A DNA stretch of 64,000 nucleotides from Mobula hypostoma (taxonomy: Eukaryota): NCBI RefSeq assembly GCF_963921235.1, contig NC_086109.1, positions 19,160,001 through 19,224,000 of the forward strand. The letters run 5' to 3'. Made by a program: the position numbers and the translations under genes. Positions 35,193 through 46,100 of this stretch are shown here, one piece after another (within the stretch, counting starts at the first letter, position 1; every line of letters starts with the position of its first letter). The notes under the pieces were generated by a model. The model worked only from the letters and a program-made list of their open reading frames with translations, did no database searches and was not told the origin of the DNA.

Positions 35193-36577
35193 CCAACTGA
35201 ACAAGAATTAGTTTTAATAATATTTCTATCTCCTCTCCAGTTTTACTCATATGTTTCAATGCTAACATTGAATGGCTAAAATGGAGATCTGATTTTGCAA
35301 TCCCAACCTTGCGGTAGTGAACCAGAACAGCAGGAATTCATGCTGAACTGTTTATTGTGTTATTTCTGAGCCACACTCTCTTTTGAGTTAGCATATTTAC
35401 AAGGAGGGCAGCATCACAGGGCTAGTTTAAGGGGAATGGTTTGCTTAGCCAAACTTGCTGTCCTGAGATTACCAAGCGAGCCACAGTGAAAGTAGATCAA
35501 GGGCTCTGGGGGAAGAAACAAATAGCATGAAATCAGCATTGTAATGGCCTAGTCTGCAATCTTTTGATTTGTTATTTAATTCACAACCAATCATATTATG
35601 GCAATTTCATTCTTGGGATTGTGAAGGTTTACGCCTGGATTTTCAAGTGGGCACAGGTACATGTTCCAGAAAGGATGACTAAGGTTCTCCTGATGTGTTT
35701 CTCATCTTTCACTCCATGTAAATTTAAAGTTATCCATCAGCTCCTTCCTGTTTCCTCACTCTGCCTGACACCTGGTCATCTTGCTAACCTTGTTATCCTG
35801 TCAACATCTCAGCTCTGAAGTTTCAATCCCACATATTTTGATCCCAAATTCTATTTCCCACTCTTCTACTCTTGCTTCATCTCCTCCCATGGGATTCTTC
35901 TTATCCTCAGCTTTCACCAGCTGCCCTCTGTCCACTTCCCCCTCCTCATTCAGCTAATCACCTCTGTAATCTCTGACCCTCCAACCTAATGTGACCATCA
36001 GACCAGTTTCACCACCCATCCTTCCGTTCAGCATTCCAAGGAAAACATACTTCTTGACTTCTTTGATTCACTCTTCTAACCCTCCCCTCAGTACTTTTCA
36101 TTGTTAAGTACATAAGACAACTGTGCTTTAAACTCCTTCCTTTCTACAATTGAGGGCCACACAATATAGCAGAACCCTTGGAAATGCAAGCGGTAATAAA
36201 GTGGAAATTCTCAATCCTTTGAGCATGGGTTGATCTCAGCCCATTGAGCTGCTGTGTAGGGTTGGACATAATGAATTTGTTTTTCACTTCCATTAATTTA
36301 GACTCTACCTTCCAGTGTCTAAAGGCACATTTCAGCAGAAGAGTGATGTCAACAAGAAAGGAAGCAGTGAGGAATTGAGAGGTGAGTTAAGTGGAGGGTA
36401 ATGAGTAGTGATTGTGAAGAAAGCCCAGTGCCAGTTGGATGCCTAAGGCAACTTTCACTGCTGAATAATACTATCTATTGCTTTCGAGAGGTAAAGAAAA
36501 CAGTACATGTTCTTGGAGATTGTCCCCTCATACTCAGTATGGTCTAAATTCTGAACCCTGTAAAGGCCTCTGGACTA

Positions 36578-37020
36578 ACGCACATAAAATTCTGGAGGAA
36601 CTCATCAGGTCAGGCGGCATCTATGTAGAGGAATATAGAGTGGATTTTTCAAGCTGAGATCCTTCATCAGTCTTGGATTGAAACATTGACTAATTATTCC
36701 TTTTCACAAATGTTGCCTGACCTGTGAGTTCCTCCAGCATTTTGTGTGTGTTACGCTGGAATGAGTGGTGAATCTGCGGAATTTGTTGCCACAGCCGGCT
36801 GTAAAGGCTAACTGATTGGGTACATTTATGGCAGAGGTTGATAGATTTTTGATTAATCAGGGCAAGAAGGGATACAGGGAGAAGACAGGAGATTGGGACT
36901 GAGAGGGTAAATTGATCGGCTGTGAAGAAATGGCAGAGCAGACATGACGGGCCTAATTCTGCTCCTATACCTATGGTCTTATGGTCTTACTTCCAGCATC
37001 TGCAGAGTCTCTCATGTTTT
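36578..37020. mobile_element. Fold-back Penelope-like pLTR pair with a CR1 3' end (36761-36990) inserted in the right arm
   Basis: Left arm TCTGGAGGAACTCATCAGGTCAGGCGGCATCT; right arm TGTTGCCTGACCTGTGAGTTCCTCCAGCATTTTGTGTG. The pLTR resumes (TTCCAGCATCTGCAGA) after the CR1 tail (TATGGTCT)n. Confidence 0.7.
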
Positions 37021-37934
37021 TAGAGGCCCCTGGGCAACTGCATTTGCTAACTATATACCACAGTGGGAAGAAAAGCCAATCCTAGAGATGATGCTGGATT
37101 GTCAAGGATGCAGCCGTAACTAGAATCTTAGCATCTGGTTTTGCATTTGTGTGTGAGCAGATTAGGCCAGTCAAAGTGAGGCAATGTAATAGTTGATGTA
37201 ACTCCGGGCATAATGCTAAAACTGTAACATCAACCTGGAGCTGCAAAGAACTGTTTAAAAAGTCTGTATAGCCTGTGTTTCATTTTGAGACCATAGTAAG
37301 ACCAGCTGAATAAGACTACAGCATTAAAGTCACTCCAAGACTGGGAAAGAAATTAGATTTTTAATCATTGCTGCCTCATATTTACTTTGTGCTTGTAAAT
37401 TTGGATCAAGCAAGAAATTGCTGCAAATAATCATTTAAACTTAAATTGGTTTCAAATATTTCTTAAATGCATAACTTAATAAATGTTAAGTAGACTAGCA
37501 GGAAGCTAAACAGATAAAACCCTCTGGGTCAGGTTTTATTCATTTTATTTGTAATTTGCTTTTTGAAATATTTTTTCTCTCATTCTCCCAGGCAGACTTA
37601 TTAACTTTGAGGCTTGAATTTACTTTCTCAGTAATCAGTTGTGATATTTATTCATGGCAAGTAATTGTGTTGCGTCATTCTGAGGGAAATTTCCATTTGG
37701 GGGTTTTGAGTTAATTTAAAGTTCAGTAAATCCATAAAAGCATTAGGTTCTATTTGCATTATTCTGATCTTCAGTTTGCCCCAGTCTCTGGGCGCATTCA
37801 GTTTCTAGAAGCACTAACTTTATTTATCTTTTTTTTAACTTCTAAAGATCTTTCCTCTTGAATATTAAGAAGTGGGTAAAAATTGCCACTTGACTCAAGT
37901 TACCAAATTTCCCATTTTTCTGAATCAGTTGTTA

Positions 37935-39110
37935 TCAGTTTTGCTCAGTGAGTTGTTTGTTCGGAATTCCATTCCAGTGGATGGAAAAGGAAGTCTTGGC
38001 TGAAATTTCCAATATAATACTGAGGGTATTATGGTCAGGATCTCTGTCTTTCCAATGGGAACATTAAGCTGACATCCCCAGCTTCTCCCTTGAGTGGAAG
38101 TAGAGCGTTCCATGACACCACATAGATAAAATCTAAGGTCTACCAGGTGAGTTGTCAATATTAAATCCTCAACTAACATGCAAGTAGATGATCAGGTCTT
38201 TTTTTGCATGAGTATATGAAAAACTACTTGCAATAAATTATCTCCTTCATTTTCTAAGTTTTATAAGAGAAGTCGTGGAACATAGAACATTACAGCACAA
38301 TACAGGCCCTTCAGCCCATGATGTGCCAACATTTTAATCTGTCTAAGAGCAATCTAACCTTTCCCTCTTATATAGCCCTCCATTTTTTTATCATCCATGT
38401 GCCTATCTAAGAGTTTCTTAAATTCTCCTGATGTTTCTGCTTCTACCACCACCCCCGGCAGTGCATTCCCTGCACCCACTACTCTCTGTTGAAAAAAAAC
38501 CTCTGACATCCCTTCTGTACTTTCCTCCATAAAGTTATGCCCCCTAATGTTAGCCATTTCCACCCTGGGAGAAAGTCTTTCGCTATCCATTCAATCTATG
38601 CCTCTTATAACCGTATAACTATATAACATATAACAATTACAGCACGGAAATAGGCCATCTCAACCCTTCTAGTCCGTGCCGAACTCTTACTCTCACCTAG
38701 TCCCACCGACCTGCAATATAACCAATTATCATCTATTATATATTATCACCTTGAATAAGCTCCAGAGAGAAAAGCGCTATCTCACTCAACCTATCCTAAT
38801 AAGACATGCTCTCTAAATCAGGTAGCATCCTGCTAATCTCCTCTCCACCCTCTCTAATGTTTGCACATCTTTCCTATTATGAGGCAACTAGAATTGAATG
38901 CATTATTCTAAATGTGGTCAAACCAGGTTTTGTAGAGTTTAAACGTTCCTCACGGCTCTTGAACTCAATTACGTGACTAAGGAGAGCCAACAGGGCGTTC
39001 GCCTTCTTAGCAGCCCTGTCAACTTGCACAGCAACTTGGAGGGATTAATCGTAATTAATTGGTTGTAAAGTATTTTGGGACATTCTGAGCTTGGAAAAGG
39101 TGTTAGAACA
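37935..39110 (+). mobile_element. Deu-domain SINE (SacSINE1-like) split by a CR1 insertion
   Basis: Body at 37935-38210 (TACTGAGGG..GTCTTTCC..ACATTAAGCTGA..TCAATATTAAATCCTCAACTAACAT). Tail at 39050-39110 (ATTGGTTGTAAAGTATTTTGGGACATTCTGAG). Confidence 0.55.
38277..39045 (-). mobile_element. Old CR1 3' fragment with a second CR1 tail nested at ~38610-38715
   Basis: ORF 38354-38590 (IRGHNF..FFQQRVVGAGNALPGVVVEA), tail GAACATAGAACAT. The nested piece matches the 3' end at 59745-59850. Confidence 0.8.
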
Positions 39111-39116
39111 ATACAG

Positions 39117-39385
39117 TACCACAGTAGCATAGTGTTAGCGTGAGGCTGTTATGGAGTTCAAAGTTCAATTCCGGCACCGTCTGGAAGGAGTCTGTCATCC
39201 CCATGGAATGCATGTGTTTTTCCTCGGCTGCTCCGGTCTCCTGCCACAGTCCAAAGACCTTCCAGGTAGGGTAACTGGTCATTGTAAATTATCCGGTGAT
39301 TAGGTTAGGGATAGTCAGATTTGTAGGAGCTTGTTGGAGCTTGTTGGAAGGGCCCTCTGTATCACTAAATATATTAAATAAAATA
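39117..39385 (+). mobile_element. tRNA-derived V-SINE (HE1-like)
   Basis: A/B-box-like head (TAGCATAGTG; GTTCAATTCC) and V-domain TTTCCTCGGCTGCTCCGGTCTCCTGCCACAGTCCAAAGAC...TTGTAAATT. A-rich tail. Confidence 0.75.
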
Positions 39386-39944
39386 GGCATCTATTTTGCA
39401 ACTCAAGTAAAATTATTAATGTATTTTTATTCCATATTTAGCCCCAGTTTTGTAAAATATCTAACAGTTAAGATGCAGCAATTGTACAATGCTAAATCTG
39501 TAACTAGAGTTCAATTCACTCTGCTTGTTACAGAAATGCTGCCTCTTCGTTCCCCTTGTGATTCAATTAACATCGGCAGCAACAACTCCATGGCCAATAT
39601 TATCTATTCTCAGGTGTGTTGCCCAAATTAAATGCAGCATCCAAATTTTGTTACATTCTGGGAATCGCAGGATATAATGACTTTGCCTTGTATTGCACAA
39701 GAGCTGAAGTGAGGAAGTAGATGACCGGAACAATGTTGTGAGAACAATTCAAGCCATTGATTTGCATGGCAATCTAATTGAGCTTGCAACGTAGTGTGCA
39801 GAGGGTAAGAAAGCCCCAGTAGAAGGTTTGGAGAAGCAAAAAACTCTTTTCTACAATGAGAAAAGTTCATCATGTTGTATCTTAAAGTTGTGTTCCAACA
39901 ATTATATTTTCTGAAAATATTATATCTGCTTTATGTTTACATGA

Positions 39945-40590
39945 ACTAGCCTCCCCACCATTGAGGACATCTTTAAAAGGCAGTGCATATAGAATCCTCA
40001 CCATCCAGGACACGTTCCATTCTCAATACTACCATCGGGAGGACGCACAGGACACTGATAACCCATACTCAGCGTTTTAGAAACAGTTCTTCCCATCCAC
40101 CATCAGATTTCTGAACAATCCATGAACCCATGAACACTACCTCACTATTTTGCTCTTGTCTTGCATTATTCATTTTTCTGATATATATATTTTTGTAATC
40201 TATAGAAATATTTTACATATTGCACTGTACTACTGCTACAAACCAACAAATTTCATGAAATCTTTATAGGCATCCATTAGTCTCGTGAGACCATGTATTT
40301 GCGCCTTGGAAGGTTTCCAGGGAGCAGGCCTGGGCAAGGTTGTATGGAAGACCGGCAGTTGCCCATGCTGCAAGTCTCCCCTCTCCACGCCACCGATCTT
40401 GTCCAAGGGAAGGGCATTAGGACACATACAGCTTGGCACCGGTGTCGTCGCAGAGCAATGTGTGGTTAAGTGCCTTGCTCGAGGACACAAAACGCTGCCT
40501 CAGCCAAGGCTTGAACTAGCGACCTTCAGATCACTAGACGAATGCCTTAACCACTTGGCCACTGAAATAAGTCAGTGATAATAAATCTGC
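39945..40590 (+). mobile_element. Rex1/Babar-type LINE 3' fragment interrupted by a SINE
   Basis: LPTIEDIFKRQC..HHPGHVPFSILPSGRTHR..FRNSSSHPPSDF-like C-terminus. The UTR resumes at ~40563 (GTCAGTGATAATAAATCTG). Confidence 0.7.
40265..40562 (-). mobile_element. tRNA-headed SINE with RTE-derived body and tail
   Basis: Pol III A box TGGCCAAGTGG (40561-40551) and B box GTTCAAGCC (40516-40508), then GTGTCCTCGAGCAAGGCACTTAACC, then a module shared with 21035-21150. Confidence 0.8.
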
Positions 40591-40919
40591 TCACAGTCTC
40601 CTTTCCCCTGATGATTCCATTCACTCACAAGAAAGGGGGAGTCGCACAAGAGATCCATACTGGCCTTCCATGGGTTTAAGGAGAAAGTTTTCCCAACAGA
40701 TCCTGAATGATTCACCCACAGCCTTCCTAAATGGAATTTCAGGAATATATGCCACTTAACTGTGTACATCTGACAATTAGGGATCTCGAGATCCAAACAA
40801 TCCATAGTGACTCAATATACCCAAATAAAATCAGTCTCTTTTAAGCTGGAGAAATTGCCAATGATTATGTAAATGCAAATAGAGCATTTCCTTAGCTTGA
40901 AGCATTTATTTTATTTCTT

Positions 40920-41197
40920 TAGAACTGCAACATGGAACAGAGCCTTCTGGCCCAGCAAGCTATGACACCCAGCAGCTCACCAATTTAACCCAAGTCTACT
41001 CACAGGACAATTTACAATGACCAATTAACCTACTAACTGGCTCATCTTTGTACTGAGGGCGGAAGCCAGTGTACCCAGAGGAAACCAACGTGCACACGAG
41101 GAGAAATTACAAGCATTCTTATAGAGGACACCGGAACCGAACTCCGAACTCCAATGCCCCAAGCTGTAACAGTGTTGTGTTTACTGCTACACTACCT
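40920..41197 (-). mobile_element. tRNA-derived V-SINE (HE1-like) with CR1-type tail
   Basis: Reverse complement of the V-domain (GGACAATTTACAATGACCAATTAACCTAC...GAAGCCAGTGTACCCAGAGGAAACC) and head (GAACTCC...TGCTACACTACC). Confidence 0.75.
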
Positions 41198-41231
41198 TAG
41201 CGCCCAAATTTATGTGTTGGATGTAACCTTA

Positions 41232-41710
41232 AGCCTGATTTATACTTGTGCGTACGGGCTACGCCGTAGGCCTGATTTATACTTCTATGTAGCCCTACGC
41301 CGTAGCGAGCATGCGTTGTTCTGTCTGCGTCGCTCTGCAATTCACCGCCAAAACGTTAGTTGGCAGTGGGGTTTCTATGCCACTGTGTTGAGTTTCTTCG
41401 TGAGAGACATGGACGAGGAAATGCATTTCAAATATTTTCGGATGTCGGCAGGTAGATTTGACGATTTGGTTCATTTTCTCGAACCATTTATTTCACATCA
41501 GTGTACAGACATGGTGGAGAAAAGCAACCGGAAATGCGTAGGAGGAAATGCGATGCTATCAAGCGGACCAATCACAGTTGTTGCGGTCTGTGTCGCCGCG
41601 ATGCATGAGTTACTGTTTTGGGGAGGTGCACGTCACCCTACGGCGTAGGGTACGGCACAGGGTACGCAGTAGCTACGGCATATATTTGATGCAGAAGTAT
41701 AAATCAGGCT
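41232..41710 (+). mobile_element. PIF/Harbinger non-autonomous element with a transposase fragment
   Basis: 16-bp TIRs AGCCTGATTTATACTT / AAGTATAAATCAGGCT with TTA TSDs (41229-41231, 41711-41713). Internal [30 protein letters not shown] resembles the Harbinger transposase N-terminal FRMS motif. The left TIR is duplicated at ~41270. Confidence 0.85.
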
Positions 41711-43002
41711 TTAAGGTAATACCATGGGGCAAGAAATTAGTGCATTTTATGACTGTACGTGCTTCATATACCATGCAAAGTCACTCCACCTTCTCACCAT
41801 ATGGCAAGCATTGTGTCTTAGTCGTGGCTGTTGTGCTTATGAAATGTAAGATGGAATGGAAATGTTCGCCTGGTGCCCTTCAGAAGCTGTCCACTTTGCA
41901 TGTATTTTTAATGTGTTGGACCACTTGTAGCTGACGTAATACTGCCTCAGGCTGACAAGATACCAGGTGCAATAGAGCACAGAACATCTGCATCTGAAGA
42001 ATCTGTTGTGTTTACAGTTAGGGAATTTTAAGGATAAGGTTGCAGAATTTATCCTTAGATGGTGGAGCACTGTGCATAAGGAATGTATATGAGACTGAAA
42101 ATTGTGGCATTCAGAGGAAAATGAGACAAATCCTGAAGATTGTAGAACAGCCCAGGCTGAACAATTTCTGTAACTTTAACTTGATACATTTGATGTTTCC
42201 CTTCATCGTTTTGTTGGGTTAGGAATGTCACTGAGAAAATTCATAGCGCTTTAACCTCTAGATAATGTCTCTGTCAGTCATCTTCCCAAGAAGATTAAAT
42301 GCGTTAGTGGGAGTCTTGACAGGTCATTAGATATGGCTTGCAGTTTGTCTATGAAGCAACATCTAAGGTAATCATTCTGTGCGAAACATCTGAAAGACTT
42401 GAGGCAAAGTTGTACCAATAAAAGTCTTTATTTCCTTTCCACTGAGATTTGATTGACCTTTCCCCAGTCTTAATTCCCATCCTCTTAAACTTAAGAGAGA
42501 TTGCTTGATTGAACTCCTGTTAATGTTGTGATGAAAAATGTTAACAATGTGAAATGGAATTCTTGCACAACTTGGTTTGTGTGTGTCCCACTGGCCCTAC
42601 CTGGCAGCCTGCCTCCAGGCATGGCCATTGAGGGATTTCTGCATGAGAAGATAAAATTAACTTACTTAGCCCTGAATTCTGTAGTCAGATTTTTAATGTT
42701 CCCAGGAGCACGAAAGGGATTTAATTATTGCTAGCCCTCAAATCTCTTATTAACATAGATATTTAACAAACCTTTTAATTCTTTTAAGACAAAGCAAGCT
42801 GATTGAGAAAGCAGTGTGGGGGCATTGTTTTCATGAAAAAATGTGTTTGGCAATGCAACACAAAAGCACCACCCCTGGAAATATCATCTATAACCAATCA
42901 AAGTTTTTTCACTTTTAATGAATCAAAAATATGACAGATATTTTGTGCACAGCTAAGTCCCACATACATTGATACAATAAAAAAAATCAGGTCAACAGAC
43001 AC

Positions 43003-45445
43003 AGAGGATTTCTTGGAATGTATGTGGGATGGTTTTTTGAACCAACATGTCGAGGAACCAACTAGAGAGCAGGCTATTATGGACTGGGTTTTGAGCAATG
43101 AGGAAGGGTGAATTAGCGATCTTGTCGTGAGAGGCCCCTTGGGTAAGAGTGACCATAATATGGTGGAATTCTTCATTAAGATGGAGAGTGACATAGTTAA
43201 TTCAGAAACAAAGGTTCTGAACTTAAAGAGGGGTAACTTTGAAGGTATGAGACGTGAATTAGCTAAGAAAGACTGGCAAATGTCACTTAAAGGATTGACG
43301 GTGGATATGCAATGGCAAGCATTTAAAGGTTGCATGGATGAACTACAACAATTGTTCATCCCAGTTTGGCATAAGAATAAATCAAGGAACGTAGTGCACC
43401 CGTGGCTGACAAGAGAAATTAGGGATAGTATCAATTCCAAAGAAGAAGCATACAAATTAGCCAGAGAAAGTGGCTCACCTGAGGACTGGGAGAAATTCAG
43501 AGTTCAGCAGAGGAGGACAAAGGGCTTAATTAGGAAGGGGAAAAAAGATTATAAGAGAAAACTGGCAGGGAACATAAAAATGGACTGTAAAAGCTTTTAT
43601 AGATATGTAAAAAGGAAAAGACTGGTAAAGACAAATGTAGGTCCCCTGCAGACAGAAACAGGTGAATTGATTATGGGGAGCAAGGACATGGCAGACCAAT
43701 TGAATAATTACTTTGGTTCTGTCTTCACTAAGGAGGACATAAATAATCTTCCAGAAATAGTAGGGGACAGCGGGTCCAGTGAGATGGAGGAACTGAGCGA
43801 AATACATGTTAGTAAGGAAGTGGTGTTAGGTAAATTGAAGAGATTGAAGGTAGATAAATCCCCAGGGCCAGATGGTCTGCATCCTAGAGTGCTTAAGGAA
43901 GTAGCCCAAGAAATAGTGGATGCATTAGTGATAATTTTTCAAAACTCGTTAGATTCTGGACTAGTTCCTGAGGATTGGAGGGTGGCTAATGTAACTCCAC
44001 TTTTTAAAAAAGGAGGGAGAGAGAAACTGGGGAATTATAGACCGGTTAGCCTAACGTCGGTGGTGGGGAAACTGCTGGAGTCAGTTATCAAGGATGTGAT
44101 AACAGCACATTTGGAAAGTGGTGAAATCATCGGACAAAGTCAGCATGGATTTGTGAAAGGAAAATCATGTCTGACGAATCTCATAGAAATTTTTGAGGAT
44201 GTAACTAGTAGAGTGGATAGGGGAGAACCAGTGGATGTGGTATATTTGGATTTTCAAAAGGCTTTTGCCAAGGTCCCACACAGGAGATTAGTGTGCAAAC
44301 TTAAAGCACACGGTATTGGGGGTAAGGTATTGGTGTGGGTGGAGAATTGGTTAGCACACAGGAAGCAAAGAGTGGGAATAAATGGGACCTTTTCAGAATG
44401 GCAGGCGGTGACTAGTGGGGTACCGCAAGGCTCAGTGCTGGGACCCCAGTTGTTTACAATATATATTAATGACTTGGATGAGGGAATTAAATGCAGCATC
44501 TCCAAGTTTGCGGATGACACGAAGCTGGGTGGCAGTGTTAGCTGTGAGGAGGATGCTAAGAGGATGCAGGGTGACTTGGATAGGTTGGGTGAGTGGGCAA
44601 ACTCATGGCAGATGCAATTTAATGTGGATAAATGTGAAGTTATCCACTTTGGTGGCAAAAATAGGAAAACAGATTATTATCTGAATGGTGGCCGATTAGA
44701 AAAAGGGGAGGTGCAACGAGGCCTGGGTGTCATTATACACCAGTCATTAAAAGTGGGCATGCAGGTACAGCAGGCGGTGAAAAAGGCGAATGGTATGCTG
44801 GCATTTATAGCGAGAGGATTCGAGTACAGGAGCAGGGAGATACTACTGCAGTTGTACAAGGCCTTGGTGAGACCACACCTGCAGTATTGTGTGCAGTTTT
44901 GGTCCCCTAATCTGAGGAAAGACATCCTTGCCATAGAGGGAGTACAAAGAAGGTTCACCAGATTGATTCCTGGGATGGCAGGACTTTCATATGAAGAAAG
45001 ACTGGATGAATTGGGCTTGTACTCGTTGGAATTTAGAAGATTGAGGGGGGATCTGATTGAAATGTATAAGATCCTAAAGGGATTGGACAGGCTAGATGCA
45101 GGAAGATTGTTCCCGATGTTGGGGAAGTCCAGAACGAGGGGCCACAGTTTGAGGATAGAGGGGAAGCCTTTTAGGACCGAGATTAGGAAAAACTTCTTCA
45201 CACAGAGAGTGGTGAATCTGTGGAATTCTCTGCCACAGGAAACTGTTGAGGCCAGTTCATTGGCTATATTTAAGAGGGAGTTAGATATGGCCCTTGTGGC
45301 TATGGGGGTCAGGGGGTATGGAGGGAAGGCTGGGGCGGGGTTCTGAGTTGGATGATCAGCCATGATCATAATAAATGGCGGTGTAGGCTCGAAGGGATGA
45401 ATGGCCTACTCCTGCACCTATTTTCTAAGTTTCTATGTTTCTATG
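43003..45445 (+). mobile_element. Young CR1 LINE, 5'-truncated (copy 4); 739-aa ORF2 fragment at 43127-45346
   Basis: End of the APE endonuclease (PTREQAIMDWVL; PLGKSDHNMVEF) plus complete RT (KFADDTKL). (TTTCTATG)n tail at 45421-45445. Confidence 0.97.
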
Positions 45446-45825
45446 AAACATTGTGGTAAGAAAGCAACATCCATTATCAAAGCCCCTCATCACCCAGGCC
45501 ATGCTCTTTTCCCACTGCTGCCATCAGGTAGAAGATAAAAGTGCCTCAGGACTTGCACCACCAGGTTCAACAACAGTTAACTACCCTCAATCATCAGGCA
45601 CTTGAACAAAAGGGAATAACTACACTCATTTAGGGACCTTTTATCTTGTTATTTCATGCTTGTTATTTATTGCTATTTAATTATATCTGTAGTTGGTTGT
45701 CCAGTGATCCTGTTTACAGTTGCCGTTTCTATAGATTTGCTAAGTAAGCCTGCGGTGAAAGAATCTCAGGGTCGTATGTGCTGACATGTATGCACTCTGA
45801 TGGTAACTTTCACTTTGAACTTTGT
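45446..45825 (+). mobile_element. Rex1/Babar-type LINE 3' fragment
   Basis: KATSIIKAPHHPGHALFPLLPSGRR motif and a (TTTGAAC) tail at ~45812-45824. Confidence 0.75.
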
Positions 45826-45835
45826 ACATTGATCT

Positions 45836-46100
45836 GTGAATACTGGAGGAACTCAGAAGATCATGCAGCATCTATGGAGAGGAATAAATAGTCAATAATT
45901 TAGGTGGAGACCCTTTATGTGGTGGGCAAAAAAACAGGGGGAAGTGGGAATCAAAGCATATTTTACAAGAGCAAATCACACAAAATCTTGCAGGAACCAA
46001 ACAAGTCAGATAGCACCTTTGAAAGGGAATAAACTGTTGAAGGCTGAGACCCTTCATCACAATGCCAGATTTCCGGTAACTGCAGAATCTGCTGTGCAAA
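45836..46100 (-). mobile_element. Two adjacent decayed Penelope-like pLTR pieces
   Basis: CTGGAGGAACTCAG..GCAGCATCTATGGAGAGGAATAAA at 45843-45890 and AGGGAATAAACTGTTG..GCTGAGACCCTTCATCA at ~46025-46060. Confidence 0.6.

Noticed and set aside
37570..37665. Splice-acceptor-like TTTTTTCTCTCATTCTCCCAG with a short open frame
   Set aside because: Weak donor, unrecognised peptide and no supporting exons.
40500..40562. tRNA gene
   Set aside because: A and B boxes are present but it continues into a SINE body and lacks a complete cloverleaf or acceptor stem.
43127..45346. 739-aa RT ORF as a host gene or retron/DGR-type system
   Set aside because: Plain 5'-truncated CR1 ORF2 lacking most of the endonuclease and its own start; no accessory genes.
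44254..45369. Recurrent antisense ORFs (MPPKWITSHL..., MIMADHPTQ..., MNLLCTPS...) in each CR1
   Set aside because: They recur only because the CR1 copies are near-identical. No independent evidence of function.
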